Counted from the stretch's first letter, positions 41,715 to 55,730 are shown. The stretch: 64,000 nucleotides of DNA from the human T2T-CHM13v2.0 reference genome, Homo sapiens (GCF_009914755.1 NC_060947.1); one strand, 5' to 3'. Notes: generated by a model from the letters alone, not told the origin. Translations and numbers: made by a program.

Positions 41715-42680
41715 TATTTTTTATTTCAATAGCTTTTGGGGTACAAGTAATTTTTGCCTACATGGATTAATTGTTTAGTGGTGAGGTCTGAGATTTTAGT
41801 GCACCTGTCACTTGAGTAGTGTACATTGTACCCAGTATGTAGTTATTTATCCCTCACTTCCCTCCCACCCTCCCAACTTCTGAGTCTCCAGTGTCTATTT
41901 TACCACTCCGTATGCCTTTGCGTATTCATAGTTTAGCTCCCACTTATAAGTGAGAACCTACAGTATTTGGTTTTCCATTCCTGAGTTACTTCACTTAAAA
42001 TAATGGCTTCCAGCCCCATCACAAAGATATTATTTCATTCATTTTTATGGCTGAGTAGCATTCTATGCTGTATATATACCATATTTTCTTTATTTACTCA
42101 TTGGTTAATGGGCACTTAGGTTGATTCCATATCTTGCATTTGTGAATTCTCCTGCAATAAACATATGCGTGCAGGTGTCCTTTTCATATAATGGCTTCTT
42201 TTCCTTTGGGTAGATGCCCAGTAGTGGGATTGCTGGATCAAATGGTAGGTCTACTTTTAGTTCTCTGAGAAATCTCCATACTGTTTTCCATAGACGTTGT
42301 ACTAATTTAGATTCCCAACAGCAGTGTACAAGCATTCACTTTTTGCCATATCCACACCAACATTCATTGTTTTTTGACTGTTTATTAATGGCCCTTCTTG
42401 CAGGGTAAGTTGGTATCTCGTTGTGGCTTTAATTTGCATTTCTCTGATGATTAGTGATGTTGAGCATTTTTTGTTGGCATGTGGAGCATGTTTGTTGGCA
42501 TGTTGAGCATGTTTGTTGGCATGTGGAGCATGTTTGTTGGCATGTGGAGCATGTTTGTTGGCATGTGGAGCATGTTTGTTGACCATTTGTAGATCTTCCT
42601 TTGAGAAATGTCTATTGATGGCATTTGCCCACTTTTTGGTGGGGTTATATGAATTTTCTTTGCTCATTTGTTTGGGTAAC
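41715..42680 (-). mobile_element. L1PB-type 3' end (antisense)
   Basis: ORF2 C-terminal remnants ([26 protein letters not shown]; [10 protein letters not shown]) plus an L1PB-like 3'UTR. Confidence 0.88.
42462..42584. repeat. 21-bp minisatellite (GAGCATGTTTGTTGGCATGTG), about 5.7 copies, inside L1PB
   Basis: Near-identical units. It is the source of the 'HAPHANK' ORF repeats. Confidence 0.93.
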
Positions 42681-43291
42681 TTTAAGAATCCAAGTAACTG
42701 CATTGTAGTGTCTGTTTAATCTGCCAGCCACAGTCATATACTTATTGAAGCAGACGCCTCTTCCTCCCATGAACGGGGATGTGCCTGTACCCTTCCCAAT
42801 CAATCAGCTAAGAAAAACCTCTCAGAGGGGTACAGTAGGCTGTCTTACAGCCCACATCGTAGAGACAGGCCAGCCCTGTGGAATCACGTTGGTTTTTGAA
42901 AGGCACAAATGAAAAGATACACTGAGAAGCTTTGGAACACAAGATACATTTTATACGCCCTTTGCAGGGTCGTATTCAGCCAGAGTCCGCCACATTACAG
43001 ACATAGAAGATTTTCAGGGTCTTCATGGAATTCTTGCTGGAAGTAACTGGTGCGTTGTTTTTGAAGCTTCCTTTGATCTTGAATTGGGTCTATCAGGTAA
43101 ACACACTGACCTGTCTTCTTAGCAGCCAATTGCTGGTGACCTTTCCACAGCTTGTGTCCATCCAGGAGTTCAGCAAAAGCCTGGCCTTTCCTCCTGCTCT
43201 GAGCCCAGCTCTCTACCAGCCGCTTTGAATCCTTGCCTGGATGGTACCTACTTCTCTGCAGAGGCAAATCAACACAGTAGTGTCATGAATC

Positions 43292-43940
43292 TGTACTAGT
43301 TTATTAGTTTTAGTTTTCTAGGACCGCTGTAACAAATCATTACAAACTGGGTGGTTTAACATAATAAAAATTATATCCTCTGCCAGTCCTGGAGAACAGG
43401 AGTCTGAGAACAAGGTATGGGCAGGGTGGCATGCCCTCCGGAGGCTCTAGGGGAGGACTCTTCCTGCCTCTCCCAGGTCGTGGGGGCTTCAGATATCCCT
43501 AGGCTTGTGGCCATATCACTTGTCTCTGCCTCTGTCTCTATGTGGCACGTGGCATTTTCCTCTGTGTCCATGTCTCCTCTTCTGTCTCTTAGAAGGACAC
43601 TGGTCATTGAATTAAGGCCACCGTAAGTCAGAATAATCTCATCTCCAGATCTGACTTTAATTACAAATCTGCAAAGACTATTTTTCTAAATAACGTCATA
43701 TTCCGGGTTCTGGGCTTTATGATGTGGATTTATCTTTCTGGAGGCAACTGTTCAATCCACTACAATTGTATCCAGTCCTTTCCAGAGATGCTAGAGGAGG
43801 AACCTTCCTGCCTCTCCCAGCTCCTGGGGGCTCTAGGCTTCCCTGGGCTTGTGACCACATCACTGCACTCTCTACTTCCATCTCCACGTGGCCTTCTCCT
43901 CTGTGTATGTGTCTTATCTTTTCTGCCTCTTAGAAGGAAT
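43292..43940 (-). mobile_element. MLT1C-like LTR (43292-43764) followed by a second partial MLT1 copy (about 43775-43940)
   Basis: 'gctgtaacaaatcattacaaactgggtggttt...ttcaatccactaca'. The middle block 'cttcctgcctctcccag...cttagaagga' occurs twice. Confidence 0.75.
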
Positions 43941-44180
43941 TTAAGATTACAACTGCTGCTAGATTTCCCCTTATTGCTCTGGTTAAGGAGTCCGTGGAGT
44001 CTCCTGTAGTATGAAAGGTTTCGTTTTACATTGCAGTCCCTTACAAGGAGGGCTTAGGCCAATGTCTGTGCTGACTTCCCTTCTACATCTCTGGATTCTG
44101 TCTCACCGGCTCCCTGTCATTTCCCCAAAGATGTCCTCCACCCACCTCATCCTACTCTTCATCCCTGCAACATCTGTCCT

Positions 44181-44464
44181 TTTTTTTTTTTTTTGAGACA
44201 AGATCTTGCTCTGTCACCCAAGCTGGAGTGCAGTGGTGCGATCATAACTCACTGCAGCCTTGATCTGAGTCCAAGCGACCCTCCCAGCTCAGCCTCCCAA
44301 GCAGCTGGGACTATAGGCGCTTGGCGATTTTTTGTTATTTTTTTGTAGAGATGGGAGTCTCCCTATGTTGCATAGGCTGGTCTCGAACTCCTGGGCTCCA
44401 GTGATCCTCCCACCTCAGCCTCCCAAAGTGCTGGGATTACAGGCGTGAGCCACCGCACCCAGCC
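44181..44464 (-). mobile_element. AluJ
   Basis: Poly-T followed by both arms. Confidence 0.92.
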
Positions 44465-47339
44465 GACACATTTAAAGAAATGTTTTGGCAACTTATCAAA
44501 TACCCACAGATTGGATCTAATCATTTAAAAAACACAAACTTGGTTGTAGACTTTCTGTCCTTCTGAGGCCCCATGACTATGTAGTCCCAAACTATTCTCG
44601 CCGATCACAAAGGAACATTCTGTTTAGGGCTACTTTTACCTTTGCTTAGACCATCCCTTTATTCAATTAATGTTTGAAACATCATACAGTGGGGGAAACA
44701 GCCATGCTATGGAGTGCGCAATGTTTGTTAAAAATTAAACAACCACTCACCCCTCCTTGCCCCAGTGACCTTTTCTTATCTAATCTTTTTCTTGGCACCG
44801 GTAAAGAGAACAGCCTTTCTTCACATAATCGCTCCATGGCTTCTCAGCAGAACATAACCAACCGCCTTGCTGAGGTGGCCTAGGGTGACCGGGTCTTCCT
44901 ATCTTTTGTGCAGAGCTCTTGTCATGCGCAGGAGTTTGGGGAGATGCCCCCCACCCCCCCGCAAAAGGTTTCCTATGGCTTTAAAATAAGAGGTAGTTCA
45001 GGAACATTAACTGTTCACTTTACATTTAAGATATGATCTCCTGGAGATGTTGATGTGCCAGCTGGTCTTGTTGAGAGGCAGTTACTGATCTAGCAGGTGT
45101 TTATAGATTTTACACCTGTCTTGTTCTTTTTTTTAAAAAGAAACAACCTGCAACTAACTAACTTTATTTCGTATGTTAATGAGACAGATGTGAAAGAACA
45201 CAAAATCAAAATGCTTCCCAGGATTCACAGCTCTAGTGTTCCTTGGCTTTATGGTTTGGAAGGAAAGCTGATTTATATAGGCAGAGGCTCTCTATATAGG
45301 TCCTTACCTCCCCTGTCCTGTTGTTTTGGAATGTGAGCAGAACACACTCAGGTCTACTGTATGAATAGGACACCCTGCGCCCTGAAATTCCATCAGCTTC
45401 ACAGATCTCTCGTGGATTCTCTCAGAGTGATGACTCCCTCTCCCTTTCTCCAGTGTCTGAACACTACGTGGTAAGGGACTTTCCACGCACAATATTACTC
45501 TCAGCAGACAGAAGATGCTTTCCTGGAGAAGAAAGCGGCAGTATCTTCCAGAGGCAATTGGAGTTTTCAAATGTTGGTGGAGTTATGGGGTTGAAGGCTC
45601 CAGCTTTACTGGGTAGAGTCTCACGCCTCACAGTGCGCTTGCCCTGGGGCCCACTGGCTGTGTGTGGGTGCTTGTCCTCAAAACTGTAGCAGCCCAGTGC
45701 CCCTGGAGAGCCACTTTACCCAGCATCACTATTAGGTGCTCTGCCAGCTCTGTGGCATGGAGAGGAATTGTCTGGTAAGAACGGAATGTTTTCCATTCTC
45801 TCCATCAAGAACTCGAAAGGCTGATTGACAGGTGCAAACGCAAATCTGGTCATCTAGGCTGAATTACAAGATGTCTGGTGGAAGTTAAGAGACTTCAGGA
45901 GGTATTAAGAGGGATGGAATACCTGGAATTCCTTGGGGGCCAGGAGAGTTGAGCCATCCTCAGAGATGTGTGCATACTGCAAACCTCCTTTAAGCCAGGG
46001 CACTGGTATTGTGGGAAGCCCAGTTAGGGATTAGAGGGATTCCAGAATTAAGATCAACAAAGCAGTCTGACACCCTTTGGGGTGCCAGAGATTATCACTT
46101 AGATTGAGGACAGGGGAAAGGGGGTACACTCAACTCAATTGCTTCCTATAAAATCTTACAGACATCAATGATCCCAGAGGATGGGGAGCTACAGTGTCAT
46201 CTCAGATCATTTTCCAAGGGAAGGATAGATGACCCCATAACTCATTATCTCTAAGAGAGAATGAGATTCCACATGCAAGATAGGAATCAAAACCCTTTTC
46301 ACCACCTTCATTGACTCAGTTATGCAAATGGCCCTAGCTCATAGCCTCTAAGCCCAGAGCAGACAGTGCATCCTGGTTGCTGATTGCATACCTCCTGATG
46401 GGTTGTAACTGTGTGCTTTACGGAGGGCTAGTGTAAACATTCTCATTGCAAAGCGTCTTGCATGGATGAGCAGACATAGAGTGGCATTTGCCGGAGCTGA
46501 GCACCCCTGACTTCAGAGTTCACGTTTGGCAAAGTGATTTGTTGCACTACTTGGCAATTGAAGCATCCCGAATAGCTTTGTTTTATGGGGTGGGGGGCGG
46601 GGGCGAGGGGAAGAGAGTGGAGCTTTCTGTCTCCCTACTAATCAGGAGGGTCCTTGTTTGGGCTTTAGGCCCCTTCCCTTGTTTTCTGGGCAGAGGAATT
46701 GCCCCTAGGAATCCTCTGCAGGCCCTGCCAGTTTCAGAGCTCCCTCATTTTCATCTCTCCACTTCAATGAGCTCATTCACTAAGGCTTTCCCACAGCCCA
46801 GGATCTGACTTGGGTGGGCCTGCTTGGGTTTTGTGTGCCTCTGTGCCAGGAAGAGAACAGGCACAGGGCTCTGCTTGGCTATTGCCGGCATTCCTGGGCT
46901 AGTGCGTCACGGGGTCTCATGGTGACAGCATTCCACTGGAAACACGGAGTCCCGGAACCCAATTTTGAAAGGAATCCTCTCTAAAAATCTTTCAGGAGGG
47001 AGAAAACAGAGATTTCAGAGAGTTAACAGTGCTCCTCAAAACAGCGTTTGTCAAGGAAATTAGTAGCGACTTGTATGACACCCTCTTTCTCCTGTGATTT
47101 CACTTTCCTAAATGTTGATTGCTCCGGGGTGTGGGGCTTTTTTCTTCTATACCCAAAGCCACCTAGTAGAAGGGTTAAGTGCATAGACTTTTTCCAGGCG
47201 ATCTCTGTGTTCATAAAGAGAAGTGGGGAAAGGGCTCTAGTGTTTCAAATGTAAAGTAACCATTGTTAGGAAAATGACTTATTCTTTCTTTCATTCATTT
47301 ATACAAATGTAAGTTCTGGCTATGCTTAGCTACTCAAGG

Positions 47340-48163
47340 GAAATCAGAGGCAACTGGGTCCTCTAGGGATGTTTAGCAATATCTGGACACGTTTTTTATT
47401 TGTCCTCGCTGGGAGGTTGTTCCTGGCATCTAGCAGGCAGAGGCCCAGCGATACTACAGGGCACATGCCAGCTTCCCATCATAAGAAATATCTCCTTCCA
47501 AATGTCAATAGTGGTGTTACCAGAAAGGGGTCTCTATCCAGACCCCAAGAGAGGGTTCTTGGATCTCGCACAAAAAAGAATTTGAGGTGAGTCCATAGAG
47601 TAAAGTGAAAGCAAGTTGATTAAGAAAGTTAAAAAAAAAAAAAAAAAGAATGGTTACTCCACTGAGCTGCTCCACCGAGGATACTTATTATTACTCCTTC
47701 ATTATATGCCAAACAAGGGGTGGACCATTCATGAGATTTCCAGGAAAGGGGTGGGCTGTTCCTGGAGCTGAGGGTTCCTCCCTTTCTCAGACCATGTAGT
47801 GTAACTTCTGGATGTTGCCATGGCATTTGTAAACTGTCATGGCGCTGGCGGGAGTGTCTTTTAGCATGCTAATACATTATAATTAGCATATAATGAGCAG
47901 TGAGGATGACCAGAGGTCACTTTTGTTGCCATCTTGGTTTTGGTGAGTTTTGGCCGGCTTGTTTACTGCAACCAGTTTTGTCAGCAAGGTCTTTATGACT
48001 TGTATCTTCTGCCGTCCTCCTATCTCATCCTGTGACTAAGAATGCCTAACCTTCTGGGAATGCAGCCCAGCAGATCTCAGCCTTACTTTCCCCAGCCCCT
48101 ATTCAAGATAGTGGAGTTGCTCTGGTTCAAACGCCTCTGACAGTGGGATGGTTGAGAAACTTG
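47340..48163 (+). mobile_element. MER20 (hAT-Charlie) split near its end by MER41B
   Basis: 'caatatctggacacgttttt...ctggcatctag...aaatgtcaatagtg' resumes as 'ggttgagaaac' after the LTR. Confidence 0.7.
47515..48142 (-). mobile_element. MER41B solo LTR (ERV1)
   Basis: Reverse complement starts TGTCAGAGGCGTTTGAACCAGAGCAACTCC. 4-bp TSD GTGG (47511-47514, 48143-48146). Confidence 0.88.
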
Positions 48164-49389
48164 GGGGTAGACCAAGGGCAAGGCAGCAATCTCAGCCTGT
48201 GGAAAACATTTTAGTAGATGCCATTGTAATGTCTGAAGTCATTCAATTATAATGTCAAACTCACTGCAAAACATGCATTATCTAAATATCTCTTATAGTT
48301 AGCTTTCTTTCTCTCTCTCTATTTTGCTCTCTCTAATTCTACATTTTAAAATCATATATGTACTGACCAATACGATGTTTGGCTGATCATTGGAAAGGCA
48401 ATTGGAGAAACTTAGCAGCCCTGTTGAAATCCTCGACATATGCCATCTCCATGCAAATTCAGTACAAGGCACAATAGTAAAGTGTGGCTATGATATCATC
48501 AACTTTGAGGGGCCTCATTTCCCCCCCTAAATCCCTAGTCTCAAAGCCTGACTCCACTTTCTTCTGCCAGCCAAGAAGCTTGTCAAAGCCTGAGGGCATC
48601 ATTGCTCTTTCCCCATTTCTAGCAGATGGCCGTGTTGTGAGACATTTAATCCACTGACTGAATCAGTTACAGTAATACCAGTGGCTTCTGAAGATCAGCC
48701 TCAAATAACAGTAGCTCAATGAACATAAATGGCATCAGAAAAACACAAGTAACTGAAGAAATTACAGGGGTTTATGTCCGCTCTTTCTTCGTTCAGAGAA
48801 TGTTATTCTGTGGGCATTACTGAAAAGGGAGCTTTTGTTAATGGCTGATCTTAGAAACCAGACTTCTTCTACATTGTGATTCTACTAACTCCAACATGAG
48901 ACATCTAAGAACAAGTTGGGGATTTTTTCCATTGCAGCCAGCAAGGAACAGAAAAGAGCGTGAAGGTTTGCATGTCATAAGTAGCACACAGCACACAACC
49001 GCCCCACCCAACCCCACTGGTGAGAACTGGGCTCCACAAAGACCTCTGGCACATGGGAAGCTTGGAAGTGCATGTAGCCTTGTGTGCCTGGGATGAAGAA
49101 GACATGGGTTTGCTGAGCCAGCATCTGATCTGCAAGGTGCTTCATCATTTCTTCACCATGTGACCTCTGCAAGTGACTTAACCTGTCCGGACCTCAGAAT
49201 GCTCTTCCACATAATGAGACCTGCATGAGAGTAACTGTCAGGTCACATCTGGCTCCGGATCTCATAATTCTTTCTGTCTTCACTTTCATCCAGGCCCTTT
49301 ACAACCAAGCACCTTCACTTTCAACCAAGCACCATGGAGAGCTCCTTTGGCTGATTTTTGTTTCTCATAATCTGACTGTCTTCAATAAC

Positions 49390-49965
49390 TGTATGAGGAT
49401 TCTTCAGAGAAATACAATCAACAGGATAAACTTATCCTATTGATAGATATGTCTATTTATCTATAAATTAAATAGAAATAATATAGATATAAATAGATGG
49501 ATACATATATAGGTGGATACAGAAATAGTTATAGATACAGACAGGAGATTTATTATGGGAATTGGTTCATGCTATGGCAAGATATGGAGACCTAGCAAAG
49601 CTCATTTTTTAATTTAATCCAAGACTGAAGTCCAGAAAACCATAAGAGCTGACGGTGTAAATCCTGGAGCCCCAAAACCTGGGAAACAGGGCCTTGATTT
49701 TGCAAGGCAGGAAAAGGTGAATGTCTCAGCTCAAGAAGAAAGAGAATGTACCCTTCCTCTCTCTGCCTTTTTGTTCTCATTAGGCCATCAAGGGATTTGA
49801 CAGTGCCAGCCCACATTGTTGACTGATCTTCTTTACTCAGTCCACTGATTCAAATGCTAATCTCTTCTGGAAACACTCTGGCAGACATACTCAGAAATAA
49901 TGTTTTATCAGCTGTCTGGGCATCCCTTAGGCCAGTCAAGTTGACACATACAATTAATCATCAGA
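49390..49965 (-). mobile_element. MLT2-family LTR (ERVL)
   Basis: 'ggagatttattatgggaattggttcatg' and 'ccagtcaagttgacacata...aatcatca'. Confidence 0.8.
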
Positions 49966-51130
49966 GTAGAGTTTCTAGTAATGCTTTTGGTTCTTCTAAC
50001 TATTTTTGAGGGTACAAAGAGCGAGCAAGACCACTCTTTGGAAACTAGCCACAGCCAACCACGCCAGCCAATTCTAAAGCCATCATGCGGGGAGAGTGAG
50101 CCCTACAGTTCCCAGGTGTTGGGTCCCCATCCCACCACTGGAGGCCACCAATAAAGCAGGTGGTGGAAGGTGGATTCAGGGGCATCAACTGGAGTGACAT
50201 TTGACTGGGACCAAGTCAGTTGAGGATGCATCACGTAGATTTGAAGTAATTAAAACATGGCTACATATGTAAGGTGAGGGAAGCATCTTCTTTCTACTCA
50301 AATTCTCTCTTGTCCTTCTGCAAAAAGCAGAGCTACTTGAACCACATGAGGCCCAGTTTGTCACCTCATTCTGACATAATTTTTTCTGGTTTATTATTAC
50401 AAAATTTTAATGAGAAGAACGCCTCTAAGACAAATGCCCTAAGAGGAACATGGAACATTCATCTTTATTATTCTTTTGGCTCCATTTGACCAAACTCCCT
50501 TTGTCTACTTAGCATATTCTTATGGTTTCTTGAATGCAAGTATTCTCTTTTTTTCTCTCTCTCTTCTTTGATTTTTGTCTGTTTTTTTTCCAACCTATAC
50601 AACTGCCACTGAATATAGTGATGCATTAAGCATAATAAATCTATAATTAACTGATACCATTTCCTCTTCCAAAATTAAACTTCCACCTTTTACATCTATT
50701 TCCAAATTTCTTGTTTCTGTCTGCATAACAAAATGCATCTCTACCTTTTCCAACATATTTCTGAATTAGCACTAGGCAGCATGCCTTCTTTAAGGCAAAT
50801 AGACAAATTTAAAATTATATATTAGAAAACACTTCTTGTTCTCTTTCTTTCTGTAAACTACCTGAGTTGAACCTGCTTTACTTCTTCTCTGCTTTGTATC
50901 ACTTCCTTGCTATTCCTCCATATCAATAATTAACCTGTTGACCTGTCACTCAAGACTGTAGGAAATCTTGCTAACACATTTGTGTCTGCTTTTATCACCT
51001 TTCACCTCTCAATGCACACACTCTGCTGAACTGAGATTGTGTTCTGGTCTCACAGACAATTTTCACATAACTCTGTGTTAATATTGCGGGGTAGACAATT
51101 TTCACATAACTCTGTGTTAATATTGCGGGG

Positions 51131-51429
51131 TTTTTGTTTTCGTTTTTTTGAGACAGAATCTTGCTCTGTCGCTCAGGCTGCAGTGCAATGGTGTGGTCTC
51201 GGCTCACTGAAACCTCTGCCTCCTGGTGCAAGCAATTATCTTGCCTCAGCCTCCCGAGTAGTTGGAATTGCAGGTGAGCACCACACACCTGGCTAACTTT
51301 TTGTATTTTAGTAGAGATAGGGTTTTGCCATGTTGGCCAGGTTGGTCTCAAACTCCTGGCCTCAAGTGATCTTCCTTCCTTGGCCCCCCAAAGTGCTGGG
51401 GTTACAGGTATGAGCCACCACGCCCAGTC
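51131..51429 (-). mobile_element. AluS
   Basis: Full dimer with TSD-like aactctgtgttaatatt / aactctatgttagtatt. Confidence 0.93.
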
Positions 51430-51960
51430 CAACTCTATGTTAGTATTTTCACCGACACAATGACCTCCCCATTTCATTCTGTCCCCTCAGGTGCTACACA
51501 ACTCTCAGGTCCAAGTAACAACTTTAACAACTGAGCTTCATCCATTACTTTTGGGTGGGCTGTTTACTTTTTCAGTAAGTGTAAAGTTGGTTGGATTGTC
51601 TATTCTTAGCATCATAACTATAGTTCAATACAAGAAATCTTACACCCCTAGTCGGAACTACCCTTCTAAAAAATCCATGTGTACACTGGCTTCAGGAAGC
51701 TCAATAACCATTGAAAGTCACATAGAAGTTCAATCGTCTGCAATTCTAGAGAACTCCAGTAGAGATACACAAGACTTGCACTAGTCAAGGCAATAGTGAA
51801 TTAATTGTGGTCTTACATGTTCTGTGTCCTGAATCAAAGACATCAAAACCTGATGAGATAGTCAGCAAGTTCCTTGTTACCGAGGAGGTCACATAAGTAA
51901 AAAGGTTCAGGTCACAAGATCAACACACACTATTGCAAAAAAACACACAACTAGACTTGA

Positions 51961-52306
<346 letters not shown>

Positions 52307-54392
52307 CCAAAGTTGATTTTAAATTGTAATACAGAACATAGTAAATTTGGAATAAGTAAGTTCCTGCCACAGTACGTCTACCCTGAGATGATATAAACTA
52401 ATCACCATGGTTAGCAAAAGCTACAGTTAGGAAAGTCCCTTTGAAAATTGATGGAATATAAGCATTTAGAGGAACAGAACTGCATAAATAACTACACATG
52501 ATACTTTAAAGTTTATTTTTAGTTTTTACTTCTGTTTGTGACACAAAGGATAAATGTTTGAGGGGATGGAGGCTCAATTTTCCGTGATGTGCTTATGATG
52601 CATTGCATGCCTGTATATAGGATACCTTCTACTGAGATTACGTGCCCTTCAAAATTTTCATGCATATATTTATTAAATCAATGGAAGGTATTTTATATAA
52701 TGAGCATAGCAAATGATTGATAAGCTTGTATTGACTAGAAAATTATCAGGCAGATATAATAAAGTAGATTATTTTAACAAATATGACCAATAATTTTTCT
52801 CAACAATTCCCAGTAATCAGACAAATGCCAGTAATTGGATTTACCTAAAAGTACTAACTTTGCTATTATTATTACTTGAATTACTTAGTATTAAGAATAG
52901 GATCCCGGGAAAATCATACATTTTTTTCTACAAATAATTATTAAAACATAGTAAATGAATTGTTACCAATCCCCTCAAACAAAGTAGGGTTAATTAAAAA
53001 GTTAACATCCAGTTTTCTAACACTAATAAAAGAATGAATGAATCAAAATTTAAAGGATGAGACTTGTTCAATAATAGAGAATATTGTATTCTAAAAGTAA
53101 AGTAGAAAAATAAAATAAGTGGAAATAATTATGTTTTGGGGGCTACATTTTTGTCATATCTTCACATTTTGAAGAGAAAATAAAATTACATTATCATTGT
53201 ATAATATTAGTCAATTAACAATTCAGAATCCAAATAACAACAGTTTAGAAAGATTGATTAATACTACTACTGTCTATTTATAATTACTCTGTAACACTTT
53301 TAAAAAAAAATCTAAAGCAGCTAAGCTTCTTGTAACTCCCTTGGGCAATCTAAAGACAGATTAATTTTTCAATTACAGAAAATAAAAATATAAACCATCT
53401 GTGCCAGAAAAAAAAAAAAGCCACTGTAGTTTATGCATGCTTCTTTATTTAGGGGTTTTAGTATTTCGATAATGCTAACATGTTTTTACCGTGTCCAATT
53501 CAATTAAATCTTAAATGTTCTGAGATTATCTGTCTGCCGAGATAAGACATGATGTCTTTAAATTATAAGATCAAAGATTCCCCGTAGTTTGTCAAATTGA
53601 GTATGGAAAAGAACATGCTATGCACCATTAACAACACTAAGCTAAACCTCAAAAGAGGTTAAATATGGTGAGATGGAAATTGAAAGGCTTAGTCTGGCTT
53701 TAGCATCTAATGGAGAGACAGCACAGCAAACACTCTCCGATACCAGCACCAATATAAAAGGGTTATTAATAGTAGCAATGAACAATGAATGTACACAGAG
53801 GTACTGATTAAGGAGTTCACACCGCTATGGTAGCCATGCAATAACCACTCAACTAAAACTTGGGGAAACCTGTGTCTATTCTGTGCTTCTAACCCTATGT
53901 GCCATCTTGCAACTCTGAAATTTCGCAGACCTATTTCTTTACACAACAAAGAAGGGAGGTGCTGTGGAAGTGGGGACCCCACCATGAGCCTCTTGCTGGG
54001 AGTCATGGCAATCACTTGTTTCTTCCTAAAGGAGTTTGTGCCTCAGGAGCAGTGAGGGATTTGCAAGAAGGGAAGCTACATAGAGAAACAATAATAGGAT
54101 CCTCATTGTCTTCTGTTCTCCTCCTTCCATACTCCTCTGTAACTGAGTTCAACAAGAATCCGCATATCCTCAGAAGAGTAGCCTTCACATTTGTGAAGTG
54201 GAACTCAAGTGCCTGGTGAAGCTAAAATCCAAATGAAAATTGACAGCTCTCTTACACATATGCATGGCTGCACCTCTTGGAAACATGTGCTGCAGTTTGT
54301 CTTGGATCCTGAAATGTGCTTTTTCTGCCCTTGGCTCTTGGGTCACCCTTTTCTCTGCATTTCGCCCTCCTTCTCTGGAAAGTCGCACTTAG

Positions 54393-54769
<377 letters not shown>

Positions 54770-55569
54770 TAAAATGTTGGTCCTCTTCCTTGTTCTGTAG
54801 CAGGCTCCTTTCACACTCTGCATACCTCCCCCACCCAAAGGAATTTCAAGTTCCACTGGTTCCAAAATGTCCCCATTTGTATTCCAAATCTTATTTCTGA
54901 ATTCTATGTCCACATATTCAATCACCTGGAGATCTTCACTTTCCCTTTTGTAATCTGTTCCCTAATCCAATTTCTCATTCACAACCAGCCTGAGAATCCT
55001 AAATTGCGGCTTATAAAAATCCAGGTTCCTGGAGCCTGGTCCTGTCCTAAGGAGAGAGAATGGTTGGGGCAGAACTAGATCATTAGCTTTATTAAAAGAT
55101 ACTACAGTATCTTTGGTACCTAAAACTTACATTGTCTCAGGAACTAACTGGCTTCTTTTTTTAAACTTCTGCCTTCCGCATTCTTTACTTCACCACAATG
55201 AATCCCTCATCTATATAAATTCATAAAGATGGAAATGGTCTTCATTTTTTTTCCTGCAAACATCTCTCAAATCCTTTAATTTTCTATACCAGTGACACTT
55301 TGTAGTCGAAGCTGGCAACATGTCTTGCCGATATAACTACAAAACTTTCTACCAATTAATTGTGTACAGACTTGCTCCCTTCCAATTCTGTACACTGTTG
55401 CCAAGGATCTTACTAAATACATCTCATATTCCCCTACTGAAGTGTCTACTATGGTGTGCCATTAGTAGGACAATCTCTAAACTGCTTCCATATAGACTCA
55501 TGGGTTTACACAAGGTTGATAATCACTCTCCCCCTTGCAGTCTCTGCTCCAACCCAATTTCTAATTAAC

Positions 55570-55730
55570 AGCCAGCCTTAGAATCCTAAATCGCTGCTTG
55601 TAAATTCCAGCTGCCTGGAGCCCCATCCTGCCCTAAGGAGAGACAATGGTTGGGGCAGAACTAGAACACTGGCTTTATAACAAGCTCACTGGAAAATTCA
55701 TGTGCATCTTGAAATTTGAGAGCTACTGCT
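55570..55730. mobile_element. MER5-like hAT MITE
   Basis: Ends 'tttataacaagctc...gaaatttgagagctactgctc'. Confidence 0.5.

Noticed and set aside
42105-42703. ORFs with real protein similarity ([13 protein letters not shown]; REMQIK)
   Set aside because: Frameshifted L1 ORF2 C-terminal remnants in a truncated L1PB, not a host gene.
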